Origin: Dicyema japonicum
Lineage: Eukaryota > Animalia > Dicyemida
DNA: 64,000 bases
Direction of reading: 5' to 3'
NCBI GenBank assembly: GCA_011109175.1
Contig: RDEW01000069.1
Coordinates: forward strand, 102,184-166,183
The position numbers were made by a program, and so were the translations under genes. This document shows, piece after piece, positions 12,623 through 24,426 of this stretch (positions are counted from its first letter, which is position 1; the number at the start of each line of letters is the position of its first letter). Below the pieces are notes generated by a model. It made no database searches. It was given only the letters and a program-made list of their open reading frames with translations, and was not told where the DNA came from.

Positions 12623-13786
12623 TCATTTAATTCCAAGTTGTGGAGGTCTTTAATTTTGTATTCAAGTGTGTTGACTTGTATTTTAGATTTTCATATTTTT
12701 CAAAATCACATCCGAGTCCTAATGTTGGTTATTATAAGTTACCGTTTCCAGTGAATAATGTATTATTATCTTTTTTTGATATTTGCATTTTCATGTCTTT
12801 TATATTTATACTTCCATATTTAGGAATAGTTACAACTGTTTCACTGCTGTTATAATAACCATTAGTCGAAATTTCCCACTTTTCACTAAACTGATCTGTA
12901 TGATTGGAAATCAACGTTAATTCCCAAGAAAAGTAAGATATATTGTTTGCTCCAAAGAAGACTGACATTGTTAATTCTATATCATTTTTCTTCCATATAA
13001 GCTCACACAGGAAATTTTCAGAAAAACTAAATTCAAAAAATGCGTCATTTAAATTTTCATATTTCATCTTCGTAAATATAATGTGATTACAGTATTATTG
13101 ATTATATATTCAACGTCAATTATTCCACTGAATAACATTACGACCCGTTCGTCCACCAATGCACCCCACAAGGGAACATTATTGTACAACATTTTAAAAG
13201 TCTTTATATTATTCATCACTGATTTATTGATTATTAAACACGTGTATATTCCTATTATTGATAAATTTTGTACACCTAGCAATTGGAGCATTCTCACAAC
13301 AATTGTTCTAATTATGAATTATTTTTTTCAAATAACGTGGAAATTAAAGTTTTAAAAAACAAATTAAATTTTATAGATTTTTTATAAAGCGTTTCGACAT
13401 TTCACTTAAAACTTATAAGTCTGATAAATCAAGTTTATCACTAATGTTAGCTATATCTACATTAACTGGATGTACCCCCGTATATCGCTCTTATGGATTC
13501 TGAGTTTGCCATCGAATTTGGCTTCTAAAATAAATGAAAGACTATTTTAATTTTTTATATTTAATTTTATTGCAAAATCTTTAAATAATTAATCAAATTG
13601 GGAGAATTTAATGTCCTTGCAACGTCTCACCATGGAATTATTCCAAAGACCAAGGGTAAACACCAACTAACTAATCCCGTGTTCCCGATACATTCAAGTA
13701 GAGCCCGTATCCAAGCAAAATGATCAAGAGTAGTTTGTCCTGGAAGTGAAGTCGAAGTCAGAACTCGTTGCCCATGAGCGGAATAG

Positions 13787-14389
13787 TATGCTCACTTATG
13801 GTGCGCACTCCTGGTATTGCAGTGAGGAACGCGAAAAGTGCCTCACCAACTTGAGGAAGGTTCGGCGGCGGGCAATACGGTATTCTATAGGATTGTCTTA
13901 TAGAGCGCCGCTGCCTGAAAGAGGATATCCGGATTTTAAGGACCCGGAGGAAGTAATTAAAAAGATCTTAAAACTAAATTAAAGAAGGAGGTACGGGGAA
14001 GACGAAAGTGATGCCACGAAAACGCTGCCGCAAGGCGGTGAAAGGGTACTTAGTTTGGTTGTAGGAAAAAAAGTCAAGTGGAAAAAAGGTCAAGCGGAAA
14101 AAAAAGTCAAGTCCGTAAGCGGAAAAAAGGTCAAGCGGAAAAAAAAGTCAAGTTGTCTTTTTTTAATTTATATCGCATTTTTGTGATACTACTAGCATCT
14201 TTTAATTTTTAAAAATTTTTTCAATACTTGACTTTTTTTCCGCTTGACTTTTTTTCCCCTTACGGACTTGACTTTTTTTCCGCTTGACCTTTTTTCCGCT
14301 TGACTTTTTTTCCGCACTCCACTTAGTTTAGTTCTTCCCTAATTTCTAACTATTTGTTTTTGCCTAATAAAAATTTTTCCTTCCATTCC
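13787..14389 (+). mobile_element. LINE family A, 5'-truncated 3' fragment ending at an H3 5' UTR (interrupted by a MITE)
   Basis: Matches the ORF2 end (MLTYGAHSWYCSEERE...) and 3' UTR of 40371-44648; tail TTCCTTCCATTCC abuts ATCGATAATTTTCATT upstream of the H3 ATG. Confidence 0.92.
14057..14320. mobile_element. Foldback/Mutator-like MITE, 264 bp, 9-bp TSD ACTTAGTTT
   Basis: Ends GGTTGTAGGAAAAAAAGTCAAG / CTTGACTTTTTTTCCGCACTCC; TSD at 14048-14056 and 14321-14329; TIRs built of (GGAAAAAAAGTCAAG) repeats. Confidence 0.88.
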
Positions 14390-14421
14390 ATCGATAATTT
14401 TCATTCATTCATCGATAAATA

Positions 14422-14547
14422 ATGGCACGAACAAAACAAACTGCTAGAAAATCAACTGGAGCAAAAGTTCCAAGGACGAAAATGGTTCAAAAAGTGAGTA
14501 CCAAAGGATCTAAACGGGCGGCAGTTAAAGTTAGTAGCACAACACGT
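14422..14547 (+). CDS. Chimeric histone head: H3 codons 1-18 + TK + H2B codons 1-22, in frame with family-A ORF1
   Basis: [52 protein letters not shown], read directly from ORF 14422-14961. Confidence 0.93.
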
Positions 14548-15320
14548 TCCATAAGAAGTCTCGACGATTATCAGGACATCTCACGTGTGGTCTGTGACAC
14601 AGCGGCCCACGTGGTGGAAGGACTCTTCATAAATAAGCCCACTATTGGACTATATTTTAGAGGAGTCCGAGGTATCGAGAAGCTCAGGAGAGTCGTTCGC
14701 GACTCGATCCTTCTGTCCTTCAGAGTAAACATGGGGATCGATGGCAGGGCTGCTTTCCACACTGTAGCGGACATCCCCACACAGCTAGCGGTTGATCAAG
14801 CTGTGCCTGCACCGAGGAGGATGGAGGTTGAGAGCAAGACTCAGCCTCCTGTAATGGATCCAAGGACCGAGGAAAACATCCCAGCACAGCTAGCGTTGAA
14901 CAAGCTGTGCCTGGGACGAAAAGGATGGAGGTTGAGAGCAAGACTCAGCCTCTTGAAATGAATCAAGGACCGAGAACCGAGGGCAGGGCTGAATCCGTCA
15001 CACAGCCAGCGGTCCAACAGGCTGTGCCTGCCCTCGACGAAGGAAGACAAGAAGACCGTCTCCCGATGACTGTAGGCTGGACTACAGTAGGGAGAAAGAG
15101 GAAGTCTGCGGTTTCTGCCAAACCGCAGAACGTGCGTGATTCGGGTCCAGAAACCGCAAAGTGCCCTAAAAAGCATTTTGCAGGCTCGAATCAATCCAGA
15201 GCGCACGTGCCTAAAGAGAAGAACAAACAACAGGTATTCGGGGGACTAACTACACTAGTTCGGCTAGAGGTGCCGAAGATAGGAGTGGTTAAACTCCTAT
15301 GTGGCATAGGTACTCTGGCT

Positions 15321-16791
15321 GGTTGTAGGAAAAAAAGTCAAGTGGAAAAAAGGTCAAGCGGAAAAAAAAGTCAAGTCCGTAAGCGAAAAAAAGTCAAGCG
15401 GAAAAAAAGTCAAGTTGTCTTTTTTTAGTTTATATCGCATTTTTGTGATACTACTAGCATCTTTTAATTTTTAAAAATTTTTTCAATACTTGACTTTTTT
15501 TCCGCTTGACTTTTTTTCCATTTTTGAAAATTTTTCCTTATAAATTTTCGAAATTTAGCGCAAAATGGAAAAAAAGTCAAGTCCGCTAACGAAATTACGG
15601 ACTTGACTTTTTTCCGCTTTGGTATAATCGCTTTGACTAAATCAATTTAAGAACTTCAAGGTAATAATAAAAAAAATATTTTTTATTATAAAATGAATAA
15701 AAATTAAATTAGGGCATCTGAATGGCCATGCTATTTCCCCTAACAATAGCCAACGAGATACGTTCTCGGAACCAACTAGTCTCTCGCAGATCCTTGGTCA
15801 CAGCTTGAATCATGGAGCCGATCTTACGAACCAACTCATCTGCTTGGGGGCCAAGGATTCATAATATAATAAAATTGACTTAACTTTTTTCGCTTTGGTT
15901 TAATCTTTTTGACCTTGACTTTTTTCGCTTTGGTTTAATCTTTTTGACTTAATCAATATACGGATTTTAATTCCTTTGGAAAAAGAATTTCAACAAGAAC
16001 AAATAAAAAACGATTGATACAAAAAAAAAACTTTTAAATATATTTCTGGATCGCCAGGACGGAAAAAAACAGTAGGAGAGGCCCTAAAACCAATTGCATG
16101 GAATATTAAATATTCTTTTGATTCACATTAAATAATCCCTTGATTCACGTTAAATAAAAATCATATGTTTATTTTTTTTAAAGCCTTTTCATGAGAGCCA
16201 TAGTATTTTATAGCTCCGCATAGGCAGGACACACACTTTATTTAAGTAAAGAACAGTTAATTTTAACTAATCGTAGAACCAAGGAATTATCTTCACTTCT
16301 TTTTTTCTTTTTCTTGTGTGAGTGTCCTTTCTAGACAATTTAGTTAAAAGTAGAAAAAATCATTTTTAGAATTTATTTCCACCACGTGTAGTTTTAGTTG
16401 TGGCGAGACATTGTAATTCATTAACATTAGCCAAAATTAACTATTTAAATAATTTGTTATTCTAAACTCGCTTACTTTAAAATGAAACGATCATGAATAA
16501 AAATCTTAATTTATAAACGGAAAAAAAGTCAAGTCCGTAATTTCGTTAACGGACTTAACTTTTTTTCCGTTTTGCGCTAAATTTCGAAAATTTATAAGGG
16601 AAAAATTTTCAAAAATGGAAAAAAAGTCAAGCGGAAAAAAAGTAAAGTATTGAAAAAATTTTTAAAAATTAAAAGATGCTAGTAGTATCACAAAAATGCG
16701 ATATAAACTAAAAAAAGACAACTTGACTTTTTTTCCGCTTGACTTTTTTTCCGCTTGACCTTTTTTCCCCTTGACTTTTTTTCCGCACTCC
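15321..16791. mobile_element. Foldback/Mutator-like non-autonomous DNA transposon, 1471 bp, 9-bp TSD ACTCTGGCT
   Basis: Same termini as 14057-14320; long imperfect repetitive TIRs; TSD at 15312-15320 and 16792-16800. Confidence 0.9.
15680..15861 (-). mobile_element. 5'-truncated CRE-clade element nested in the MULE
   Basis: Reverse strand reads GILGPQADELVRKIGSMIQAVTKDLRETSWFRERISLAIVRGNSMAIQMP*; matches 2915-2960. Confidence 0.8.
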
Positions 16792-19316
16792 ACTCTGGCT
16801 ACCTATGCGAAAGGAAGGATCGTCAGACGAGGAGAATCCCACTTGTTGGTGGGATTCAGAAATGACGTGGACGCCTCAGCTTTTGAAGCTGAGGTGAATA
16901 AGAAGGTTCCTTTTGGGCCCGGGGCACATAACATGTCTCGGGTCATCCCCAAGGTACACGACTCGATTGTACTAGTCTTCGGAGTCCCTCTGGACTTTGT
17001 TGATGAGGATGTACTCGAGTACATCAAAAAGGACTACCCCACGGCGCACAAGATCGAGCGCTTCAAGAGTGGGAGTCAGAGACTAAGGACTCTCAAGGTC
17101 TGGATCAGGTCCGGAGCAGAAGCTGAGAGGATCTGCCTTGAGAAGTTAAAGATAGGTTACTTTAGATTTGGTGTGGCCCGAGAGCGACCGGTAGCAATCC
17201 AGTGCTACAGATGCCAGGGATTCGGCCACACCAGCTCCCGCTGCACTTATAAAGAGAAGTGCCTAAATTGCGGGGGTCCACATTCACGGAAGGCCTGTCA
17301 ATCCAGAGTCAGGTCTCTCAAGTGCGTGAACTGTGGCTTGGAGGGACACAGGGCGAGCCATACCAAGTGCCCCCTGTATCAGGAGGCGACGGAGAAGGTA
17401 CCACAGGGGAGAAGGCAGGCGCCCTCCTCTGGAGTGGTCAGTGATGTAAGCGCTGTCCACCGCGTGGTAAGTCGATACTGTAGCAGCACAGGTTCAACGT
17501 TCCCTAATGCGCTTAGGGACATTGCGCTCTGCGATAGGAAGGTAAGTGCGGCGAAGTGATGTTACGCATCATTTCAGTTAATGTTAGGTCCCTCCGGAGA
17601 AGAAGGAAGGCCATCGAGGATCTTCTGGACTCTTTGGAGGTGGACATCTTGGTCCTTAACGAGACCAAGAGTAAGGATACGGCTGCTGCAGGCTTTAAAG
17701 GCTATACTAGTTGTCATCTCTTGTGGAATGACACACATAGAGGTTCGGGCACTAGTATCTATTGGAGGACGAGTCTAGCAGCAGTCGTCCAAGGTATTTC
17801 AAATTGTCCTCATTGCGAGTTAATATTATTACGAATCAGATTATCTAGCTTTAGCGTTGTTATAGGGGCAATGTATGCCAAGCAGTTGTGGTTGTGTAAG
17901 GACCACATTAAAACTGTATTTGACATTCATCCCCATTGCGTTATTTTTGGTGATCTGAATGCTAAGCATTCAGATTTTGGCTGTTTTGTTAATAATAGGG
18001 CTGGATCAGCACTCCGGGAATTAGCTTGGAATCTTGGGCTCTCAGTCACTACATCGACGGACCCCAATCACAAAGATACACGAGGAGGAGAGGACTTCTT
18101 GGGTATGGCCGTAGCCTCCCCTTCATTAATTGGTATGCTCTCTGTACCTCGTGTTCTTAGGGACATCGGAAGCGATCACCGTCCCCTACTCACCGAGCTT
18201 CACGAACCTGTTCGACCTCAGGCCCCAATTGGCTATGACTTGGGCTCTGGCACTTGGGATAACCTGGAGTCGTTCATGGATAGAAAACTCCCTTCTCTCA
18301 AAGGGCAAGTTTGTAGTGAAGCGGACGTGGAGGAATTGGATGCCACCCTGGGTGGTATCCTCGAGGAATACATGCGGACTAACTTCCGGTTACGTCCGCA
18401 AGGTGGAGGCTCCGCACGAATTCCAGGCCTGATTTTAAGTAAGATAACACTTAGAAAGAGGTACCTGCGGTTCAAAGCGAGGAGCACGTATGAAGAGAAC
18501 CGGATCTTCTACCAGAAGAAGGTAACACCTTACGAAGGGAAATCCGGAAGGCGCTCGTCGACTATCAGAGCAACAAATGGAGGAGGGCCTGCGAGAGGGT
18601 GAACCCCGCATGGCCGGACTTCTAAGATAATCCAATCCTTTTCGCCTAATTGAAAATGTTTTTCGAGACGCAATGTCGTTTTAAATTGTTAATTCACGGG
18701 AATTTCTAATCATATGCAGTTTCTATCAACTAGCTAAAAATACCTTTAGCCCATAAAACCCAACTTTAATGTAACAAACTAACCAAATAAATCTCAAGTA
18801 CAAAAATAAGACAAATTTTTAATTTTGACACTGTTTAAAAAACAAAAAAACTATATCATTTTCTTTTAATGTAACAAATTTTTAATTTTTGACACTGTTT
18901 AAAAAACAAAAAAACTATTTCAATTTGATTTTAATATAAAAAATTAAATAAATCGCTGTCGAAAAAATTGGGGTCAAAAATCCAGGTTTTTGCGGCTGAT
19001 TGAACTCAAACCAAGTTCATTCAACGCGTCTTGCTTTTGCGCGTTAAAATATGAAATCAGATTGAAAATTGGACGCACGTGGGCGGAGATTTGATAATTG
19101 ATTATTTTTTAGTTTTTAGAAATTAAATTTGTCTATTATTCTTGTTTATGTAAGCCTTGTTAACCTTTAACTAAATTATTTATTTTTTTGATTACCTAAA
19201 TGCTACATTCTAAGATAGTTCTAGATATTGACTTAGTCAGCTAGGCTTACAGTTGGTTAGTAATAATGTAACTTTTTTTTCAAAATAACTCTTGTAAGTG
19301 ACTGATTATTGTATTT

Positions 19317-19458
19317 AAGAGACTGAATCGGTATATAGAGGGGAGCAACTTTCTACGACCTAATCAATTTGGATTCCGTCCGGGAAGATCATGTGGAGAT
19401 TGTATCCACTCACTAAACTACGAAATTATAAATACATTGGAGAAGAAATTGATTTGTC
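19317..19458 (+). pseudogene. Fossil LINE RT fragment in the histone spacer (also ~25540, ~30772, ~36162, ~45877, ~51337)
   Basis: RLNRYIEGSNFLRPNQFGFRPGRSCGDCIHSLNYEIINTLEKK; flanked by ~185-bp imperfect direct repeats. Confidence 0.85.
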
Positions 19459-19807
19459 TAATTAAATTTGTCTACTATTCTTGTTTATGTAAGTCTTGTT
19501 ATCCTTTAACTAAATTAATTTAGTTTTTTGATTATCCAATTGCAAATCCATTCCAAGATAGTTCTTGACTTGTCAGCTAGGGTTACAATAGGTTAGTAAT
19601 AACCTAACTTTTTTCATGATAACTTTTGTAAGTAATTAAGATTTAATTATATCAATAGGGTTTTACTCCTTTGGAGTAATTTTCCGATAGATATCTTGAC
19701 AAAATAAAGGCAGATGTCTTAATACTAAGGGATCAAATGGATTTTCTGGTTAGCAAGTACTATAGTTATAAAAGTCAATTAAAGTAAAGGTTTATTTAAT
19801 AAAATTG

Positions 19808-20170
19808 TTAAGTGGATGCAGGTTTTGCGGGTTCAGCACTTTTGCGACAGATGTATCTTCCACAAGAGATTATTGCATTTTGTGTAAGTTCTTTTAATTC
19901 GTCATCGGCATTGATTGCGACAGACAGGTGACAAGGTTTGATCCTTCGCTTTGCAGCCTTGAGTGCAGTATTACCACAAAGTTCCAGCACTTCAGCACAT
20001 AGATACTCCATTACAGCTCCAACATAGATAGCAGCACCAACTGCAACTCGCATTCTGGTCTCACTTCTCAAGCATCTATGAATTCGACCAACTGGAAATT
20101 GCAAGCCTGCTCTAACTGATTTGCTTTTCGCTTTTGTACGTACTTTTCCACCTTTACCGCGAGTAGACAT
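19808..20170 (-). CDS. H2A: Histone H2A (divergent, short C-terminus)
   Basis: RAGLQFPVGRIHR, EYLCAEVLELCGN, NADDEL histone-fold motifs. Confidence 0.97.
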   Translation of the reverse strand: MSTRGKGGKVRTKAKSKSVRAGLQFPVGRIHRCLRSETRMRVAVGAAIYVGAVMEYLCAEVLELCGNTALKAAKRRIKPCHLSVAINADDELKELTQNAIISCGRYICRKSAEPAKPAST

Positions 20171-20184
20171 TTTATTGAAAATTC

Positions 20185-22956
20185 AAATCAAATCAAATCA
20201 AATTTATTCCAAAGTAAGTAAGGAGTCAATTAAAGGGATTTTAACGTGTCCGCCTTTGCGGCCTGGACACTTCACACGTATCCCATCTCCATTGTAGTCG
20301 TCCATTTAGTACGTATTGAGAAGCTGGTTTCCCAACCTTACTTCGATATCTATTTTACCGGCCTGACAAGGCTATTCTCTTCCTCGGAGAGGCTTTCATG
20401 TAATTTCCTCCCCAGAGATATTTTTATCGCCGCTCGCCTTGTTTTCTCCAGGCGAGCGAGAATCCTTTCTCTCGAGGGAGTATAATACCATCCCTCGCAT
20501 CCATATATCAGTCTTGGGAGAATCACAGTTTGGAAGATATAGAGCATTGTATCGGCGTCCAGCATAAGTTTTCTGGAGCAGAACATCGCTTGAACGGCCT
20601 TCTTTCTCCGCTCCTCGATGTCCTTCCGGTACGATCCTCTTCCATCCACTGCAATCCCCAGGTATTTCAGGCTAGAGACTCTCGGTATCCGTAGCGTATA
20701 CATCTCTCTCTGGTGTCGATCCAGCCTGCATATTCGCAAGTAACTGGATTTTTCTGTGGATAGTTTCATCCCTCTCCTATCGCACCATGTCCGAACTCTG
20801 TCGACAAAAGCCCCGATTCGTCGCTCAGAGATGTAGGCCTTCAGAGATGAGTCTAGGATTAAGATGTCATCCGCATAAATCATCAGCTTGGTCCTAACGT
20901 TTTGTGGAGAAGGAAAATCTTCCATAAATACGTTGAATAATAGAGGGCTTAGAATAGACCCTGCGGCACTCCCTTTTAAACAATATATCTTCGGAATATC
21001 TTCCACCAACCACCACGTTTGATATTCCTCCCAGTCAACAGGTTCTTCAGCCATAGGAACATTTGTCTTGAATTTTTGATCGAACCAGTTGACAGAATAG
21101 GCCTCGTGCCATACACTGTCGAAAGCCTTAGATGTCAAGGCAGACAAGGCTCAACTGGCTCCTCTTCTCAAAAGCATTTGCAATCTCATAGTTTAGAGAG
21201 TAATGCAATTACCACACGATCTCCCTGGCCGAAAACCCCATTGGTAACACTGTAGAAAATTAATATTTTCTATGTACTGGTTCAATTTCTTGAAAATAAT
21301 CCGTTCCATAATCTTCGATGTAGAACAGATAAGGCTTATAGGCCTATAACTAAGAGGATCTTTCCTCGACTTTCCAGGTTTAGGAATCATCTTTACAATT
21401 GAGTGCTTCCATAGTGAAGGGGAATGTCCGAGCTTGAAACTTGCGTTATACATCTTTTGTAGAACAGACAGAAATTCATCGGATCCTTCTTTAAACATAG
21501 TCATCGGAATGCTATCAAAACCAGGAGCCTTGTTTTTGCACTCCCGTATAGCAGTCTTGACTTCTGCCAATGTGATTTCCTCTACCATACTATTCAGATC
21601 GTCTATGGAGTAATCCATAGAGCTAGATATATCTTCTGAGAATTTTTCGGATATAATACTGACTGGGTCTACTCCCTGTATGTTTTCTAATTGTTTCCTG
21701 AATACTGACGGTACTCTGTCCAGGGGAATTGTTCTTCCATCTTGATCCGCCAGTACAATGTTCTTTGCTCTCATGTTTTTGTTAGTCAGTCTGGAGTACA
21801 ATTTCCACAAGCAAGGATTCTTAAGTGCACTTTCAAGGCTGCTTTCCTAACTTGGTTTTCTGAATACTACTTCCAAGCTCTCTGTAGAACTTTTTGGATA
21901 GCATCAATATTATTTTTCAAAGTTATACTGTCCCACATGTCCACACATCGTCTGTGCTTCGCCTTCAGAGTATTCCTCTCGCGAATAAGTCCCGAATAGA
22001 AGGAGGGCAGGACTGATTCGTTTTCGGAAGGATTTTTGAGTAAATCTTCTTTGCATATAATCGCAGATACATCGTAATAGTATTGGATAAATCTTGGTTG
22101 AAAGAATCCAACTCATTATGTGTAGAAAAGGAATAATTAATCTTCATTAACATACTCTTCGATAAATAATGACGATAATGTTCCCAGTCTACCGACGAGG
22201 TATCATAATACAGAAAAATGTCTTCAATAATATCCGGTTCAAGATTTATAGTCATCTCCATAGGGATATGGTCACTCCCTATATCCCAGAGTAACCTTGG
22301 CCTGTTTACATGGTCTAGTAGTTGTGGAGATACTAAGGCCAATCCCAGCATATCACCCCCGTAGTATGAGAAATGGTTAGGTTCTTCGGTCGTTAAGACT
22401 TCGACTCCAATTTCCCCGACCAAATCTGCTAGTAGTTGACCGTCCCTGTTGTTTCCATAACATCCATAGGTCCTGTTCTTGGCGTTCAAATATCCCACCA
22501 GGATCGACATTGGGTTTCTTTCGAAGAACTCGACAATTTTCACAGAGGACCAGGCCAAGTCCTTAGAATATAGCCCTCCCACGGTTATCCACGTTCCACC
22601 ACATTGCACGTCGACAGACACGAATTCCGAATCGTCGGCCGATATAATGCAGTCGTTTCGAGTTTGCAATAGTTTATGAAAGAAGATTGAGGTTCCTGTT
22701 CCAGCAACTGCTCCATCTTTCCATGGAATGTCCACTGAGTCATATCCTTCCAGAATATAATGCCTTCCTTCTCGAATCTTCGTCTCGTTGACTACCAAGA
22801 CATCTGCCTTGGCAGTCCTCATAAGTAGTGCTAGTTCATCATGCCTTTTCACCAAGGAGCGAGCATTCACCAGCACTAACTTTAGGATTCTTTTCAGATT
22901 TCTTTTTGGTGGCCCGGGCTCTCCATGGCCAGGTCCACCATTTCCCGTAAATCCAC
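20185..22956 (-). mobile_element. LINE family B (APE-RT), 5'-truncated and degenerate, inserted ~15 nt upstream of the H2A ATG
   Basis: APE (LVNARSL, VVNETK, IGSDHIP), RT (YRPISL, QWGFRPGRSC, KAFDSVWH, ILSPLLFN, YADD); 3' end AATAAA + (TTTGA)4; same orientation as H2A; ~36 bp of target deleted. Confidence 0.9.
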
Positions 22957-23072
22957 TCCGGAAAAAAACTTTTAGAATTAGCATAAGAAAATCAATACTT
23001 TCTAAAGTTTATTCTGGAAGCACAATTTGAAAACATAAGTACGAAAAAATTCAAAATTTTCGATTTCAGAAA

Positions 23073-23440
23073 ATGGTTCAAAAAGTGAGTACTAAAGGAT
23101 CTAAACGGGCGGCAGTTAAAGTTAGCAGCACCACACGTGCCTTACGAAAAAAGAAAAAGCGATCCCAAACTATCATTTGTACATTCTGAGGATTTTGAAA
23201 TCTGTCCACACTGATTTGGGGATGTCAAAGAAAGCTATGATGGCTATGGACAGCTTTACTTTTGACATTTACGAAAAAATCAAGAACGAAGCTTGCATCT
23301 AGTCCAGCATAATAGCAAAGCTACTATCACATCGAGAGAAATTCAAACAGCAGTACGCTTGATTTTGCCTGGAGGAATTAGCAAAGCATGCTATTACCGA
23401 AGGGGCAAAGGCGGTCACCAAATATACCAATACTAAGTGA
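23073..23440 (+). CDS. H2B: Histone H2B (three 1-bp indels, probable sequencing errors)
   Basis: Near-identical to intact copies at 26555 and 31780. Confidence 0.9.
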
Positions 23441-23738
23441 TTTTTTACTTGATATAATAAAGAAAACTTGTTTTCTAACTATTTTTTTCCTTACATAAAA
23501 ATAGCCCACGTGTCATAATCTTAACAAAAGAATGTTTTTTATTAATTTTAACGCAATAAGAACGTTTTTTATTAATTTTAACGCTATTTAAAAAGTCCGT
23601 TTTAGTGTGGTTTTCCAATTTTCACTTTAATTATCGATTTGTGCTTCCGTGAAAAACTTTTAATATTATCGATTTGTGCTTCGGCGAAAAAGTTTTTGCG
23701 TCGTCAATTTATAAACGCCAAATTTGGAGCGCAAAGCA

Positions 23739-24047
23739 ATGTCTGGACGTGGGAAAGGTGGAAAAGGAGGAAAGTCAGGTGCAAAGCGATTCAAAAAGAT
23801 CCTGATCGATAACATTCAGGGGATCACAAAGCCTGCAATTAGGAGACTGTGTCGTAGAGGAGGTGTGAGAAGGATCTCAGGAAAAATTTATGAGGAGACA
23901 AGATGTGTCCTCAGGATCTTTATTGAGAGAACTATAAGAGATTGCATTTCCTATTGTGAACACGCTAAAAGAAAAACTGTGATTGCTATGGATGTGGTCT
24001 ATGCCTTGAAGAGACAAGGGAGAACAATATATGGATTTGGTGGATGA
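23739..24047 (+). CDS. H4: Histone H4 (divergent)
   Basis: [24 protein letters not shown]...[15 protein letters not shown]. Confidence 0.98.
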   Translation: MSGRGKGGKGGKSGAKRFKKILIDNIQGITKPAIRRLCRRGGVRRISGKIYEETRCVLRIFIERTIRDCISYCEHAKRKTVIAMDVVYALKRQGRTIYGFGG

Positions 24048-24279
24048 CATATCTTTTTAATAAAAAAATAAATTTTTATCTATATTAAATTCTGAGATAT
24101 AAATTAAGTCGTTTTAGGTTTACAAGAAGCATTTCTGTAAATAGTGTTTTTTATGAATTCTAATCACACAGTGGTAATTTTAAAATTTTGTAAAATAGCT
24201 TTTTTCACTTTGATGTGGTAAAATTTTGCTTAAAATAATGCTTTGATAATTTAAAAAAAATTGTGTTTTGATAATTTTC

Positions 24280-24426
24280 CAAATTGTGCTTCCGGAAAAA
24301 AATTAGTTGCTCTCTCGTATTGTTGCAAAATTGCGTGTGCTTCCGCGAAAAATTTAAGCGTACGTTAGTATTAATACATCGCAAAAAAATCGATAATTTT
24401 CATTATCATTCATTCATCGATAAATA
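24280..24426 (+). promoter_or_regulatory. H3 promoter with two GTGCTTCCG(G/C)GAAAAA-type motifs, TATTAATA box and TCATT initiator-like repeats
   Basis: Motif recurs upstream of all four histone genes in every unit; function inferred. Confidence 0.55.

Larger units (their letters stand above)
14548..18623 (+). mobile_element. LINE family A, autonomous type; ORF1 interrupted by a MULE, 3'-truncated in ORF2
   Basis: ORF1 with three CCHC knuckles (16771-17559), APE domain (17559-18602); sequence switches to the H3 downstream spacer at 18624. Confidence 0.92.

Noticed and set aside
12330-13297. Possible minus-strand single-pass membrane protein gene
   Set aside because: Has a hydrophobic segment (FIIAVCVIDGIAVIFAMVYII) and short ORFs, but no recognisable homology or reliable exon structure.
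14057-14320. Short AAAAAAAGTCAAG repeats resembling a CRISPR array
   Set aside because: No unique spacers; the repeats are inverted at the two ends and bounded by a 9-bp TSD; eukaryotic context.
15321-15428. Lysine-rich tail (KKSQVEKRSSGKKSQVRKRKK) suggesting an H1-like protein
   Set aside because: It is ORF1 reading into the MULE terminal repeats. No H1 globular domain was seen in the window.
20185-20204. (CAAAT)n and (TTCCG)n as telomeric or satellite repeats
   Set aside because: Only 3-4 units, always at LINE 3' ends after AATAAA; they are element tails.
22956-22984. ATG at 22984 in frame with the family-B endonuclease
   Set aside because: It lies in the promoter core, probably upstream of the H2A start site, and B is degenerate. 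Probably fortuitous.
23724-23738. MERKA extension on H4 (and similar extensions on H2A 26406 and H2B 46896)
   Set aside because: Produced by the ORF caller using TTG starts; the real ATG follows.
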